A stretch of DNA of 63,827 nucleotides, counting the filler, from Reticulomyxa filosa (Eukaryota; Protista; Foraminifera), in assembly GCA_000512085.1 (NCBI GenBank). It is 20 parts of 20 records of this genome, joined end to end, with 100 filler letters (N's around TTAATTAATTAA, not from the genome) between each part and the next. Parts side by side here need not be neighbours in the genome. Positions count along the whole stretch, not along the records: positions 3,991 to 16,096 come from ASPP01003375.1; positions 16,197 to 17,652 come from ASPP01028796.1; positions 17,753 to 19,976 come from ASPP01008005.1; positions 20,077 to 22,009 come from ASPP01010213.1; positions 22,110 to 25,644 come from ASPP01024301.1; 15 more parts are not named here. One strand, given 5' to 3'. The translations under genes and the position numbers were made by a program. This document shows positions 12,615-22,541 of the stretch, one piece after another (positions within the stretch are counted from its first letter, which is position 1; every line of letters begins with the position of its first letter). The notes under the pieces are model-generated. The model saw only the letters and a list, made by a program, of their open reading frames with translations. It did not search any database and was not told the DNA's origin.

Positions 12615-13396
12615 ATGGGCTGCGCACTGGCGAAGGGCTGTTGCTGTTATTCCTGTTTCTTGGACTCGGTAAAGAAAAAAAGGGGAAACAAAGGGAGAGA
12701 AAAGTACGTGCTAATTAAACCAAATTTTAGTGATGACCGTGTCAACGAGAGATGAAAATAATGTTGTTTGAACAAAATAAAAATAGTATCTCCACCTGTA
12801 TGTGCGCGACATTAAAAATTTCAATGTGAAAAGTGATCTAAACATCGCAGGGACTAATGGTTAAAAAAAAAATTAGCCACTTATAAATTTGTGTGAAACA
12901 TATTATTTCAATGTATTACACACTCAAAATTTAAATTTAAAATTCAAATGTGTTTGTGTTATCAAAGATTTGTACGTACGAATAATCTATCAGGGGATTA
13001 TTCAAGATACAAAAGTATTGAACGGTGAGAAAAATACAGCGGCATTCGATGAGCCAATTATATTGGAAAATGCGGTGCCAAATACGACTGAAAGTTAAAA
13101 TAAAATAAAAAAATAAAAAAATAAAAAATATAATAAATAAATGAATAAAAAAATAAAAAATAGAATTGCATTTAACAATATTCGACCGAGACACTGCAAC
13201 AGCAGATGATGTATTAGCATCAGCGGAAGTAACACTCCCCGGTGACTACGGCCAAAATCAAGGAGAAACACAAATTCCTTTGATGCGAAATGGCAGTCAA
13301 TGTGGCACAATCACTTTGGACCAAGTCCACTTCATCAAACAAAAATTAATTCGCTATACTGGTCCTTGTAAATGCTGTTGTTGCTGTCTAGGATAA
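12615..13396 (+). CDS. Single C2-domain protein with Cys-rich N- and C-termini, 4 exons
   Basis: Spliced reading MGCALAKGCCCYSCFLDS/YLHLYVRDIKNFNVKSDLNIAGTN/DLYVRI..TKVLNGEKNTAAFDE../LHLTIFDRDTATADDVLASA..CKCCCCCLG*. Confidence 0.8.
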
Positions 13397-14370
13397 TTTG
13401 AGGTCTTAACACGTGTATGTACAAATTGTGAAATAAAAAAGTTTTTTAACATAACTTTTGAAAGTTTCTTCATAGAAAATCTGTATCTTAAAAATTTTTT
13501 AAAGGCAGATCGCTCTCAAATCGAAAAATAATGGAAACTTCTATTATTTTCCTTTTTTTAATCCAAATTTTTAAATAAAAATTTGTAAACATTTTTTAGA
13601 ATGGAATAAAAACATGTTGAATTATTATATTAGATACAAATCCAATTATTGAAATAACATTATTCGTAAAGTTTTAACAATTTGCTGCTACATCGTATTT
13701 AAAAGATATTATAAAATTAAAAAAAATATATTTGGGGTTGTGCTGAGGAGTAAAAAGGACTATATTCAAAAAGTGTAAAGCGAAAAACTTTAGTTCTTCT
13801 TTTTTTCATCCACTAAGTTGCCATAATCCAAAATGACAAACCTTTTCTGGCAAAAATGATGGACTTTCTTGAAAAGGTAAAACTTTTTGTGTTTTTATGT
13901 TTTTACTTTGTGTGGTAGTAACACGATTGAACTGAAGAAAATTATATAGTTTTTACACTGAATTTTTTAAAAAATAATAATGCAATATGTAAAGCATGAT
14001 GATCGAAGATTTTGATGTTTTTTAATATAAATAAAAATAGGTTGTGAGTTTTTGCGTATGAAAAAAGTGAATTTTCTTTTTTTTTCAGAAAAGAAAGTAT
14101 GAATTTTTTTGTACTTGGAGGGTGTGGACTAAAGAGAATCTTTATGTGTATGTTATAAATAGATTTTTGCAAAAGTTGATCATTTACACTATAGCATCCA
14201 AATCCAAACATATCAGTTCTTTGTTACTTGATTAAAATTTTTTTTATAAAAAAATCAATCCTCCAATGAATTCTTTTGAGAGGGATACATGTTATTGAGT
14301 TTGTGATAAAAAGTTCAGTTATCTTAAGAAAAACAAAAGCACAAAAAACACACAATTTATTTTGATTCAA

Positions 14371-16040
14371 TTAAAAAGAAATTTCAGTTTCAATGTATTC
14401 AACCAAATTTTTTCTGTATTGTGCAGATGTACGTGTATAATGAATCACTTCCTGCCTAGTTTTGTTATCACCTAATTTGTCAAGATCAAAATCTAATTTT
14501 GATTGTAAACCATTACAAAAGTTTTCTAAAGTTCCTTGTTGTTCTTTAAATAATTGTAAATTTGTTTTTTCATCCATATAATATGCAATTGGATATGTCC
14601 AAGATAATACACGCCAGCATTCGACTGCTTCTTCAACTGCTTCTAATATGAAATTTGCTTCATTTAATCTCCATTGAAACTTTTGTGACAGTTCATGCAT
14701 TCGTTCGTGTGTGCGGGTTAACTGTATTAATATTTAATAATATTATATATACATATATAAATATATAATATGCATTATATATCATAACCTCTTTCTTTGC
14801 ATGATTTGATGATTTCATATGTGAATCAAAGCGTGTCCAATGAAACTCATATCTTGCCAATTCATTTGCGGCATGTTCATTACCTTTTTCTTCTTCACTT
14901 TGTTTTCCTTCAGCTTTTTGTTTCTCATAAATGTTACATTGATAATAACCGCCCGTGTTACTTCCATGTTCTTTCCAATCCCCTTTACATAACCAACAAA
15001 ATTCGTGTCCACATCCACCTACACCTTTATTGCACTTTTTGAATTATTTTCACATCAAAACCATTTGAGATATTGTAAATAATTCAATTTCATTACATAG
15101 TCTGTGTCCATATGATAATATATACTTAATAACTGTCATATGATTGCATCCTTGATTTTTTTCAATAGGAACACGACATTTTGGACATTTTTTTGTTTTG
15201 GCTAAAATCCATTGTAAATTTTCCGCCTCATCACTATTTTTTGTATTCCATTTTCTGGTTACTTCACAAGAAGCTGGAAAATGAGCTTCTTGTTTACAAG
15301 CCCAACAAAATGTTAATCCACATTTTTTGCATTCCACTTCTTTCGCAATTCCTGCACTTGATGTGTATATCATATCACAATTTTTTCCTGGGCAAAATGC
15401 AAAATCTTTGTTGCACTCGACAAAGCTTTCTCGACAAAATTTTTGGTATCTCTCCCAGATCAACGGATGTTGCTCAGCCAAAAATTTTTGCCAATATTCT
15501 TCTCGAATTACAACATTGCATTTATATGCCGGACAAGGAAGACTCACACATTCTTTGCTACGGACACCATCCTTTAAGTAGTCTACCCAACATGGTTTGC
15601 ATGTTGTCTATTCGGTACATACACATTTTAACATATAATATATACTATGTGATATATATATATGTATATATTTTAATAATTTGTTGTTGGACATGTTCTC
15701 ATATGTCCCAACAACTCTTACGTATTCCTTTTTTTTTTTTTTTTTTTTTTTGCAAACAACACAAATGAAGCATTGATAAAGACGACGAATAAACTTGGTG
15801 ACCACATTCTAGACTAAATACATTGCGAATGTCCACGTTTTCCATGCACACTTGACATTCAATGCTACCTGACTTTAATTTCGGTGGTTTCGGCTCCAAG
15901 CATATCCCCGCTTCTAATTGGATTTTCGTTGGATCAGTAAAATACACGTCCATCACTTGTGTAATGCTCCATTTGAATTTTCTCAACAACAATAAGCACT
16001 CATTGTCTATGTCAACCAAACATTTCATATGCTCTCTCTC
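14371..16040 (-). CDS. Ariadne-family RBR E3 ubiquitin ligase (5' truncated, multi-exon)
   Basis: RING1 CQVC..CGH, IBR CPGKNC..CKKC..FCWAC..H..C, RING2 TKKCPKCRVPIEKNQGCNHMT, Ariadne domain ECWRVLSWTYPIAYY. Confidence 0.92.
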
Positions 16041-17075
16041 TTCAAAAAAAAAAAAAAAAAAAATTGCAAGTGGTTACATTTTTTTTTTTTTTTTTTNNNN
16101 NNNNNNNNNNNNNNNNNNNNNNNNNNNNNNNNNNNNNNNNTTAATTAATTAANNNNNNNNNNNNNNNNNNNNNNNNNNNNNNNNNNNNNNNNNNNNACTA
16201 TTGAAAAAAAAATGGACAAATGATCCATCTACTTATTTACTTCTTTTTGCATTTAGAGAAATTTGTTTTCCGCAATCATGAGATAATCTATTGAAAATTA
16301 TCTAGTTTAAAATAGTGCTTAGAGTTTTTTATTTTATCATCTCCATTATTGTTTGTTTCGATACAGTTCTAAGACTATTTCTCCAAACTTTTTAAGTTCA
16401 TTGAAGCAAATGTTACTTCATGCATCTTTTTTCAAGGCAAATAAAAGCATTCCCAGTTGTTACGAAAAAAATTTGAAAACGTTCTTTGTCTCACCCCAGT
16501 TTTTTTTTACAAATCTTTTCCAATATTTTTATGTTATTTTAAAATTGTAATGTTTTGCGCAAGTCAAAAATTTTTTTTTATCTGAGAGATATCACGATCA
16601 AACAACAAAATGCGTCTGTATTCATGATATTGAATATTTGTGTTCTGTTTTTTGCATTTCGTAAAAATGAAAAAAGCATCTTACTCCAATTCGCACCAAG
16701 TTTTTTTTTTGCACACAAAATTTTTGTTGATTAGTTTTTGCCATAAAAATTCATCAACTTTTTTGGCCAGTTAAATGATTTCCTCGAATGCCTTATATTG
16801 ACAGACTTCAAAAAATTGGAGTATCTTTTTATACTTTCAACTAAAAGCAGATTGAAAAAAAACCTTAATAGAAATATATTTTCTTCTTGATTGAATATGT
16901 AATGTCTCTTGAATGAATTAAGTAGAAGTAATCTAATATGAAATGATATTACAAAAGCTGTTTTTTTTGTTCTTTTTATCATGTTCTTTCTAAACTTGTT
17001 TGGGATAAAATGAAAATATTGTTTAGGAAAAAATTTTGGATAATTTTATCGTGTTTATTCATTAAAAACTCAAAC

Positions 17076-17215
17076 TAGCTTTTTTGGAGTCACTAGAATA
17101 ATGCAGAGTTTTTTTGGAATTACTCCAATTAAAGCAGAGTTTTTTGGGGAATCATTCCAATTAATGTAGAGTTTCTTGCAGTCACTCCAATTAATGTAGA
17201 GTTTTTTTTTTGGAG
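17076..17215. repeat. Degenerate ~31-33-bp tandem repeat, about 4 copies
   Basis: Units resemble TTTTTGGAGTCACTCCAATTAATGTAGAG and are contiguous, with no unique spacers. Confidence 0.7.
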
Positions 17216-17752
17216 AAGAAATAAATCACATACGTGATTATCAAATTTTTTTGGTAAAGAAATGCATTTATATTGTAAAACTGTTTTAGTTTCAATGCTG
17301 TTTCATTTTGAAGATTAATGAAAAGATTGAGTAAAATACTTATGCATGGATTCAAACGAATAAAAATGAAATGTATCATAGATTTATAATTGACATCTTT
17401 TAAAAAAACATGGATGGAATAAATTATTTTTTTCACAATTGAAGAAACTGCATTTAGGAAAGAATATTTATGTTTACTTTTGTTTTTTTAAAATGTCATT
17501 TCTTCTAGACTCTTCTAATCTGGTATTATCTTTTTTTCGTTCACCCTTTTTAAAAAAAACTACTTTGTTAAAACAGCTTTTTTTTTGTTTTTCCGTTGCA
17601 ACTCGAATTTGCTTTAGCATTTCTGTTACATTCCTCGCAAGACATGTATATGNNNNNNNNNNNNNNNNNNNNNNNNNNNNNNNNNNNNNNNNNNNNTTAA
17701 TTAATTAANNNNNNNNNNNNNNNNNNNNNNNNNNNNNNNNNNNNNNNNNNNN

Positions 17753-18279
17753 CACCAGCTCCTTGCTGTTGCCGCCGTGCAGGATCAACGGCTGGCTGTA
17801 GCTTTGCGCCGCCATGTAGTCGTGGAAGGCCGGCTGGCGCACTAGGTTCAGGATCTGGCTGCCGATGTCGGTCTTGCGGTTCAGGCCCAGGTGCTCCACC
17901 GCCATCGGGTTGATCCACTCGATGTGGTCGTACTCGTCCAGCACCACCACGCCATCGGGCATGGCTTCACCGGCGTTGACGAAGCGGTCCAGCACACCGG
18001 CCAGGCGCTTCTTGCTTTGCTTCTGTTTGCGCGCCTGGCGGTACAGCGTCATGAAATGCCATGCCAGGCACCAAAACCGTCCGGTACCCGGCCGGGCACC
18101 GGGTTGTTCAGCCAGCGCACCAGCAGGGCGATGTGATACAGGTGGAAAGACAGCCACAGCAGCAGCATGGCCAGCAGCAGGCCAAGGCCGACGATGTCGC
18201 CGAAAATCAGCCCGAAGGCCAGCGACACTACGGTCATGGCAATCAGCCAGCCCAGTGTGCGCTTGAAGAATTCAGCCAA
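17753..18279 (-). CDS. phoR: Phosphate regulon sensor kinase PhoR, N-terminal part (truncated; 1-bp frameshift near 18055)
   Basis: Immediately downstream of phoB. Two TM helices are followed by PAS AMPDGVVVLDEYDHIEWINPMA..G. Adding one T in a T-run restores GIFMTLYRQ. Confidence 0.9.
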
Positions 18280-18282
18280 AAC

Positions 18283-18972
18283 CTACCCCTGGGCAGAGAA
18301 ACGGTAGCCGGTACCACGCACGGTCTGGATCAGGCTGTCGTGCCCGGTGGGTTCCAGCGCGCTGCGCAGGCGGCGGATGTGCACGTCCACGGTGCGCTCT
18401 TCCACAAACACGTGGTCGCCCCATACCTGGTCCAGCAGCTGGGTGCGCGAATGTACGCGTTCGGCGTGGGTCATGAAGAAATGCAGCAGGCGGAATTCGG
18501 TCGGCCCCAGGTCCACATTGGTACCGTTGCCCTGTACGCGGTGCGTAACCGGGTCCAGGCGCAGGCCTTTCACTTCCACCGCGTCGTCGGTCATCTGCGG
18601 CGCCCGGCGGCGCAGCACGGCCTTGATGCGCGCCAGCAGCTCGCGCGGCGAGAACGGCTTGGTGATGTAGTCGTCGGCACCGGCTTCCAGGCCTTGTACC
18701 TTGTCCTGCTCTTCGGAGCGGGCGGTCAGCATGATGATGGGGATCTGGCGGGTACGCTCGTCGGCGCGCAGCTTGCGGGCGATTTCAACGCCGGAAGCGC
18801 CGGGCAGCATCCAGTCCAGCAGGATGAGGTCCGGCAGCGCGTTCTTCACCAGGGTCAGTGCCACCTCGGCAGTACTGGCGCGCAGTACGTGGTGGCCAGC
18901 CTGGACCAGATTGAACGCAATCAGCTCCTGGATGGCGGGTTCGTCTTCAACAAGCAGAATATTGGCGGGCAT
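18283..18972 (-). CDS. phoB: Phosphate regulon response regulator PhoB
   Basis: MPANILLVEDEPAIQELI..LLDWMLPG..GPTEFRLLHFFMTHAERVHSRTQLLDQVWG..RTVDVHIRRLR..TVRGTGYRFS. Confidence 0.97.
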   Translation of the reverse strand: MPANILLVEDEPAIQELIAFNLVQAGHHVLRASTAEVALTLVKNALPDLILLDWMLPGASGVEIARKLRADERTRQIPIIMLTARSEEQDKVQGLEAGADDYITKPFSPRELLARIKAVLRRRAPQMTDDAVEVKGLRLDPVTHRVQGNGTNVDLGPTEFRLLHFFMTHAERVHSRTQLLDQVWGDHVFVEERTVDVHIRRLRSALEPTGHDSLIQTVRGTGYRFSAQG

Positions 18973-19020
18973 GGGGCGGAATCCTTCCATCTACGATTAT
19001 GGCAAGGATGAAAAAAAGCG

Positions 19021-19038
19021 GTTACAGAAATATGACAC
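19021..19038 (-). promoter_or_regulatory. Pho box upstream of phoB (autoregulatory)
   Basis: Minus strand GTGTCAT-ATTT-CTGTAAC matches the consensus CTGTCAT-N4-CTGTCA(C/T), about 50 bp upstream of the phoB ATG. Confidence 0.85.
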
Positions 19039-19405
19039 TTCACGCTGCTTTCGATAGCACTTGCCAAAATTTGCCGGCAGTGTAGCAGCAATGACAGTTT
19101 ATGCCCGCCAAATCGGCATAAATGCACGCCAATAGCGGCATTTTGCCAGCGGGCGCAGCCTTGTTGCGCCGTATTCACACGGGTTTTATTTTTCTACAAA
19201 ACTATTTTGCGTTATACTGCGGCTTTCCGTTCCGGCCTGGCCGCCACCGCGCAACGCACGCCACCCTCCTCCCCTGCGGCCAACCTGGAACCCCTGCCCA
19301 CCTTCAGGGCTGCCCAAGACCCTGCCCGCGCCGGCGGCTTTGCCAGCGCACGCCGGCAGTACCACACGTCAGACGGCAGTACCCGACGACCAAGAAAGGG
19401 AAAGC

Positions 19406-19976
19406 ATGGCCTCCGTCCGTTCCTTCCGCACTACCCTCAGCTGGCCGGTATTCGTGCCCGGCCTGCTGCTGATCGGCCTGATCCTGGCCTGGGCCACACT
19501 GGCCCCGGCATCGGCCGAAGCCTTGCTGGGCGCCGCCCAGCGCACCGTCAGCCAGCAATTCGGCTGGTTTTACATCCTGGCGGTCGCCGTGTTCCTGCTG
19601 ACGCTGCTGGGCATTGCCGTCAGCCGCTACGGCGACATCAAACTGGGGCCGGATGACGCCACGCCGGCATTCAGCCTGCCATCGTGGCTGGCCATGCTGT
19701 TTGCCGCCGGCATGGGCATCGGCCTGATGTACTTCGGCGTCGGCGAACCGCTGCAGCATTATCTGGCGCCACCGTTGGCCGCGGCCAACCCGCAAGCGGC
19801 CGCGCAGCAGGCGATGAACCTCACCTTCCACCACTGGGGCCTGCACGCGTGGGCCATTTACGGTGTGGTGGGGCTGGTGCTGGCCTACTTCGGCTTTCGT
19901 TACCGGCTGCCACTGACGCTGCGCGCCGGCTTGTACCCGATTCTGGGTGAGCGCATCCACGGGCCGTGGGGCCACG
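19406..19976 (+). CDS. betT: BCCT-family (betaine/choline/carnitine) transporter, 3' truncated
   Basis: YGDIKLG, SWLAMLFAAGMGIGLMYFGVGEPL and FHHWGLHAWAIY signatures; purine-rich RBS before ATG 19406. Confidence 0.9.
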
Positions 19977-20328
19977 NNNNNNNNNNNNNNNNNNNNNNNN
20001 NNNNNNNNNNNNNNNNNNNNTTAATTAATTAANNNNNNNNNNNNNNNNNNNNNNNNNNNNNNNNNNNNNNNNNNNNTAATTTTAATAAAAGTGCAAATGA
20101 TACTCATTCTCGCAGAATTTCAAAAATCATTTGAAAGAATGTTGATTTCATCCAACAAAAAAAAAAGTTATTAAAAAACCAATATCATATTTAAAAACTA
20201 CAAGATTTGTAGATATTTTTTTTAAAAAATAAGTCTAAATGTTGATTTTTCATTGAGAAAATCAATTATCATCATATGATATCGTTTTAGGCGTTCAGCT
20301 TTCTTTGCAACATACTGTATTTGTTATG

Positions 20329-20523
20329 TTTCAAGTTTTGAACGTTTCCTAACCCTGATGATCAACTGGACAACAACCAAGTTGCCGAACAATGGAAGAC
20401 GAACATTAAACTGGCACATGCTACAGGTACAAAAATGTTTTTAGCTTCATTCCATTTGTATGAATGTTTTGTTGTTTTTTTTTCCAAGCACGACAATGGA
20501 CAAAGGATTATGCAAGCCATTAA
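20329..20523 (+). pseudogene. UBC13-like E2 ubiquitin-conjugating enzyme C-terminal remnant
   Basis: [26 protein letters not shown]/(intron)/ARQWTKDYASH*, versus Ubc13 [34 protein letters not shown]; frameshifted upstream and the N-terminal part is absent. Confidence 0.7.
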
Positions 20524-21098
20524 AAAGATTTCTTTGTGTCCTTTTTGTGTTGATATAGGGGTTTTTTTTTCATTTGTATATGTTTAATCATTCATTTTGT
20601 ATCGCGGTAACATTACTCTCAAATTTCATACTAGGCAAAAAAATTTTTAAATCTAGTAAATGAAAGAAAAATAAATGACTGTAAATTCTCATGCATTACA
20701 CTTTTTTTTTTCCCCAAAATTGGTTAGAAAATTAAATCATTGTCGTTTTTATTTTATTGGTTCTATGTCACTTTTGGGGTTAGTGCATTCACCTTGGAGA
20801 ATTACTGTTTCTTTAAAAAAATATTTGTTTGATTATAATTAGAACGATAAGAATTTGTTTTTTTATTGAAGATAGAGTAACACTCCATCTGCAAACTTTT
20901 ATTTTTTATTTTAAAAAGATTAAATACGAATGAAAAACATTAATTCACATTTTCTGCAAACGAGTAGAAAACAAAGCAGAACTTTGTCTTTTTTTGGGAA
21001 AATCCATAAATATGTGAACTTTGGATGTTACTTGTTATTTGAATCATATTAAACAAATTTTGGAAATAATTTTGTCCAAAAGTAATTGAATTCAACAA

Positions 21099-21934
21099 AT
21101 GTCCGTCGGGCGTGAAGTAATCTCAGGTACATTTTGTACTTGGAAAAATATAAGTTGGAAGTTTGAGTGAAGAAAGATGTCAACAAACTAACAAAACATA
21201 TTGCAGTTCACTTTGGACAAGCAGGATGTCAAATGGGCACAACAACATGGGAGCAATACTGTAAAGAGCATCGCATCGATTTGGACGGGACATTGAAGTC
21301 TCGGCGTATCCGATCAGTGGAGCGATTTAAAACAAACACGGAAAAGCAACCAGAAGAAAAAAAAGACGACAAAGATAATAAAGACAGCAAAGACAATGGC
21401 AAAGAGAAAGCGAAAGAGACAGACAAAGATAAAGCACAGCCATCACCAGAGGTATATTTTCAATGAGACAAGTTTTCTATACGTATAAACATATATACAC
21501 AAATGGATACATATATCTGTGGTGTATATGTACTCATACAAATATATACGTTTTTATCATTAAAACTTTAAGTCATGATCTCTTGACCATTTTTGATGTT
21601 TGAGGGTAGCACAAGCGATCCGAAGTGGTGGAAGCACAGGTATTTTTCCAACAATTGGAAAAGAATGACAAGTTTGTGCCCCGAAGTGTGATGGTTGACT
21701 TGGAACCCAATGTGATCGATGCCATCAAGTCGAGCGCATTTGGCGCATTGTTCAACTTGAACACGTTGATCAACGGCAAGGAAGACGCCGCGAACAACTA
21801 CGCTCGAGGCCATTATACCATTGGCCAAGCCATTGCCCCACAGGTCATGGAGGCCTTGCGAAAGCAAGTCGAGTGTTGTGACCATTGCCAAGGTTTTCTT
21901 TTCAATTTTGCTGTCGGTGGAGGTACCGGTTCAG
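21099..21934 (+). CDS. Divergent alpha-tubulin with a large H1-S2 loop insertion (3' truncated)
   Basis: Exons 21099-21126, 21207-21451 and 21610-21934 give MSVGREVISVHFGQAGCQMG..EH..PRSVMVDLEP..GKEDAANNYARGHYTIG..GGGTGSG. GKEDAANNYARGHY is alpha-tubulin-specific. Confidence 0.9.
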
Positions 21935-22109
21935 GTGCGGATTTTTTTTAAAAAAAAAGGGGTATATAAATGTTTTTTTTTAAAAAAAAAAAAGAAAAAA
22001 ACATATCCGNNNNNNNNNNNNNNNNNNNNNNNNNNNNNNNNNNNNNNNNNNNNTTAATTAATTAANNNNNNNNNNNNNNNNNNNNNNNNNNNNNNNNNNN
22101 NNNNNNNNN

Positions 22110-22541
22110 AAATGAATTGACAATCATCAAATGTTGAATAATCAATACTCCACACATTGTTTGTATGTCCAGTGAATGTATTGATTAATTTGGATGATGA
22201 ATGATATGTATCAAACACAAAGTAAGTAGTTGCCTGTGTTAACAATATTATGAAAAATAACAAATTTTTATTTCAATTAAATGAAAAACAAAATAAATAA
22301 AACGTAACATAATTTACGATTAGTTTATCGAAATTATTTATCCATCCAAATTTAATATGCAATATTCGAATCCAATGCTGGACAATGATTTGGATCTCAT
22401 TTTCCTCTGGCTAATCCAATAACAAGCAACGCACAATAAATACAATAAAAACTTAAAGACATCAATTTTTTAAAAATTTAGAATAAAACTTACCACTACT
22501 AGTTGAGTTAAAGTTTGCTTATCATTGATAAGAGTTGTCAT
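22110..22541 (-). CDS. WD40-family gene, 5' portion (truncated by contig edge)
   Basis: MTTLINDKQTLTQL / EENEIQIIVQHWIRILHIKFGWINNFDKLIVNY / SSKLINTFTGHTNNVWSIDYSTFDDCQF. Confidence 0.75.

Noticed and set aside
17076-17215. CRISPR-like array
   Set aside because: The units are contiguous and degenerate with no unique spacers or cas genes, in a eukaryotic context.
18049-18060. phoR as a pseudogene or programmed frameshift
   Set aside because: It is a single missing base in a homopolymer within an otherwise intact gene, most likely a sequencing error.
18061-19975. Long ORFs 18061-19011 (+) and 19304-19975 (-)
   Set aside because: Antisense shadows of GC-rich phoB and the BCCT gene.
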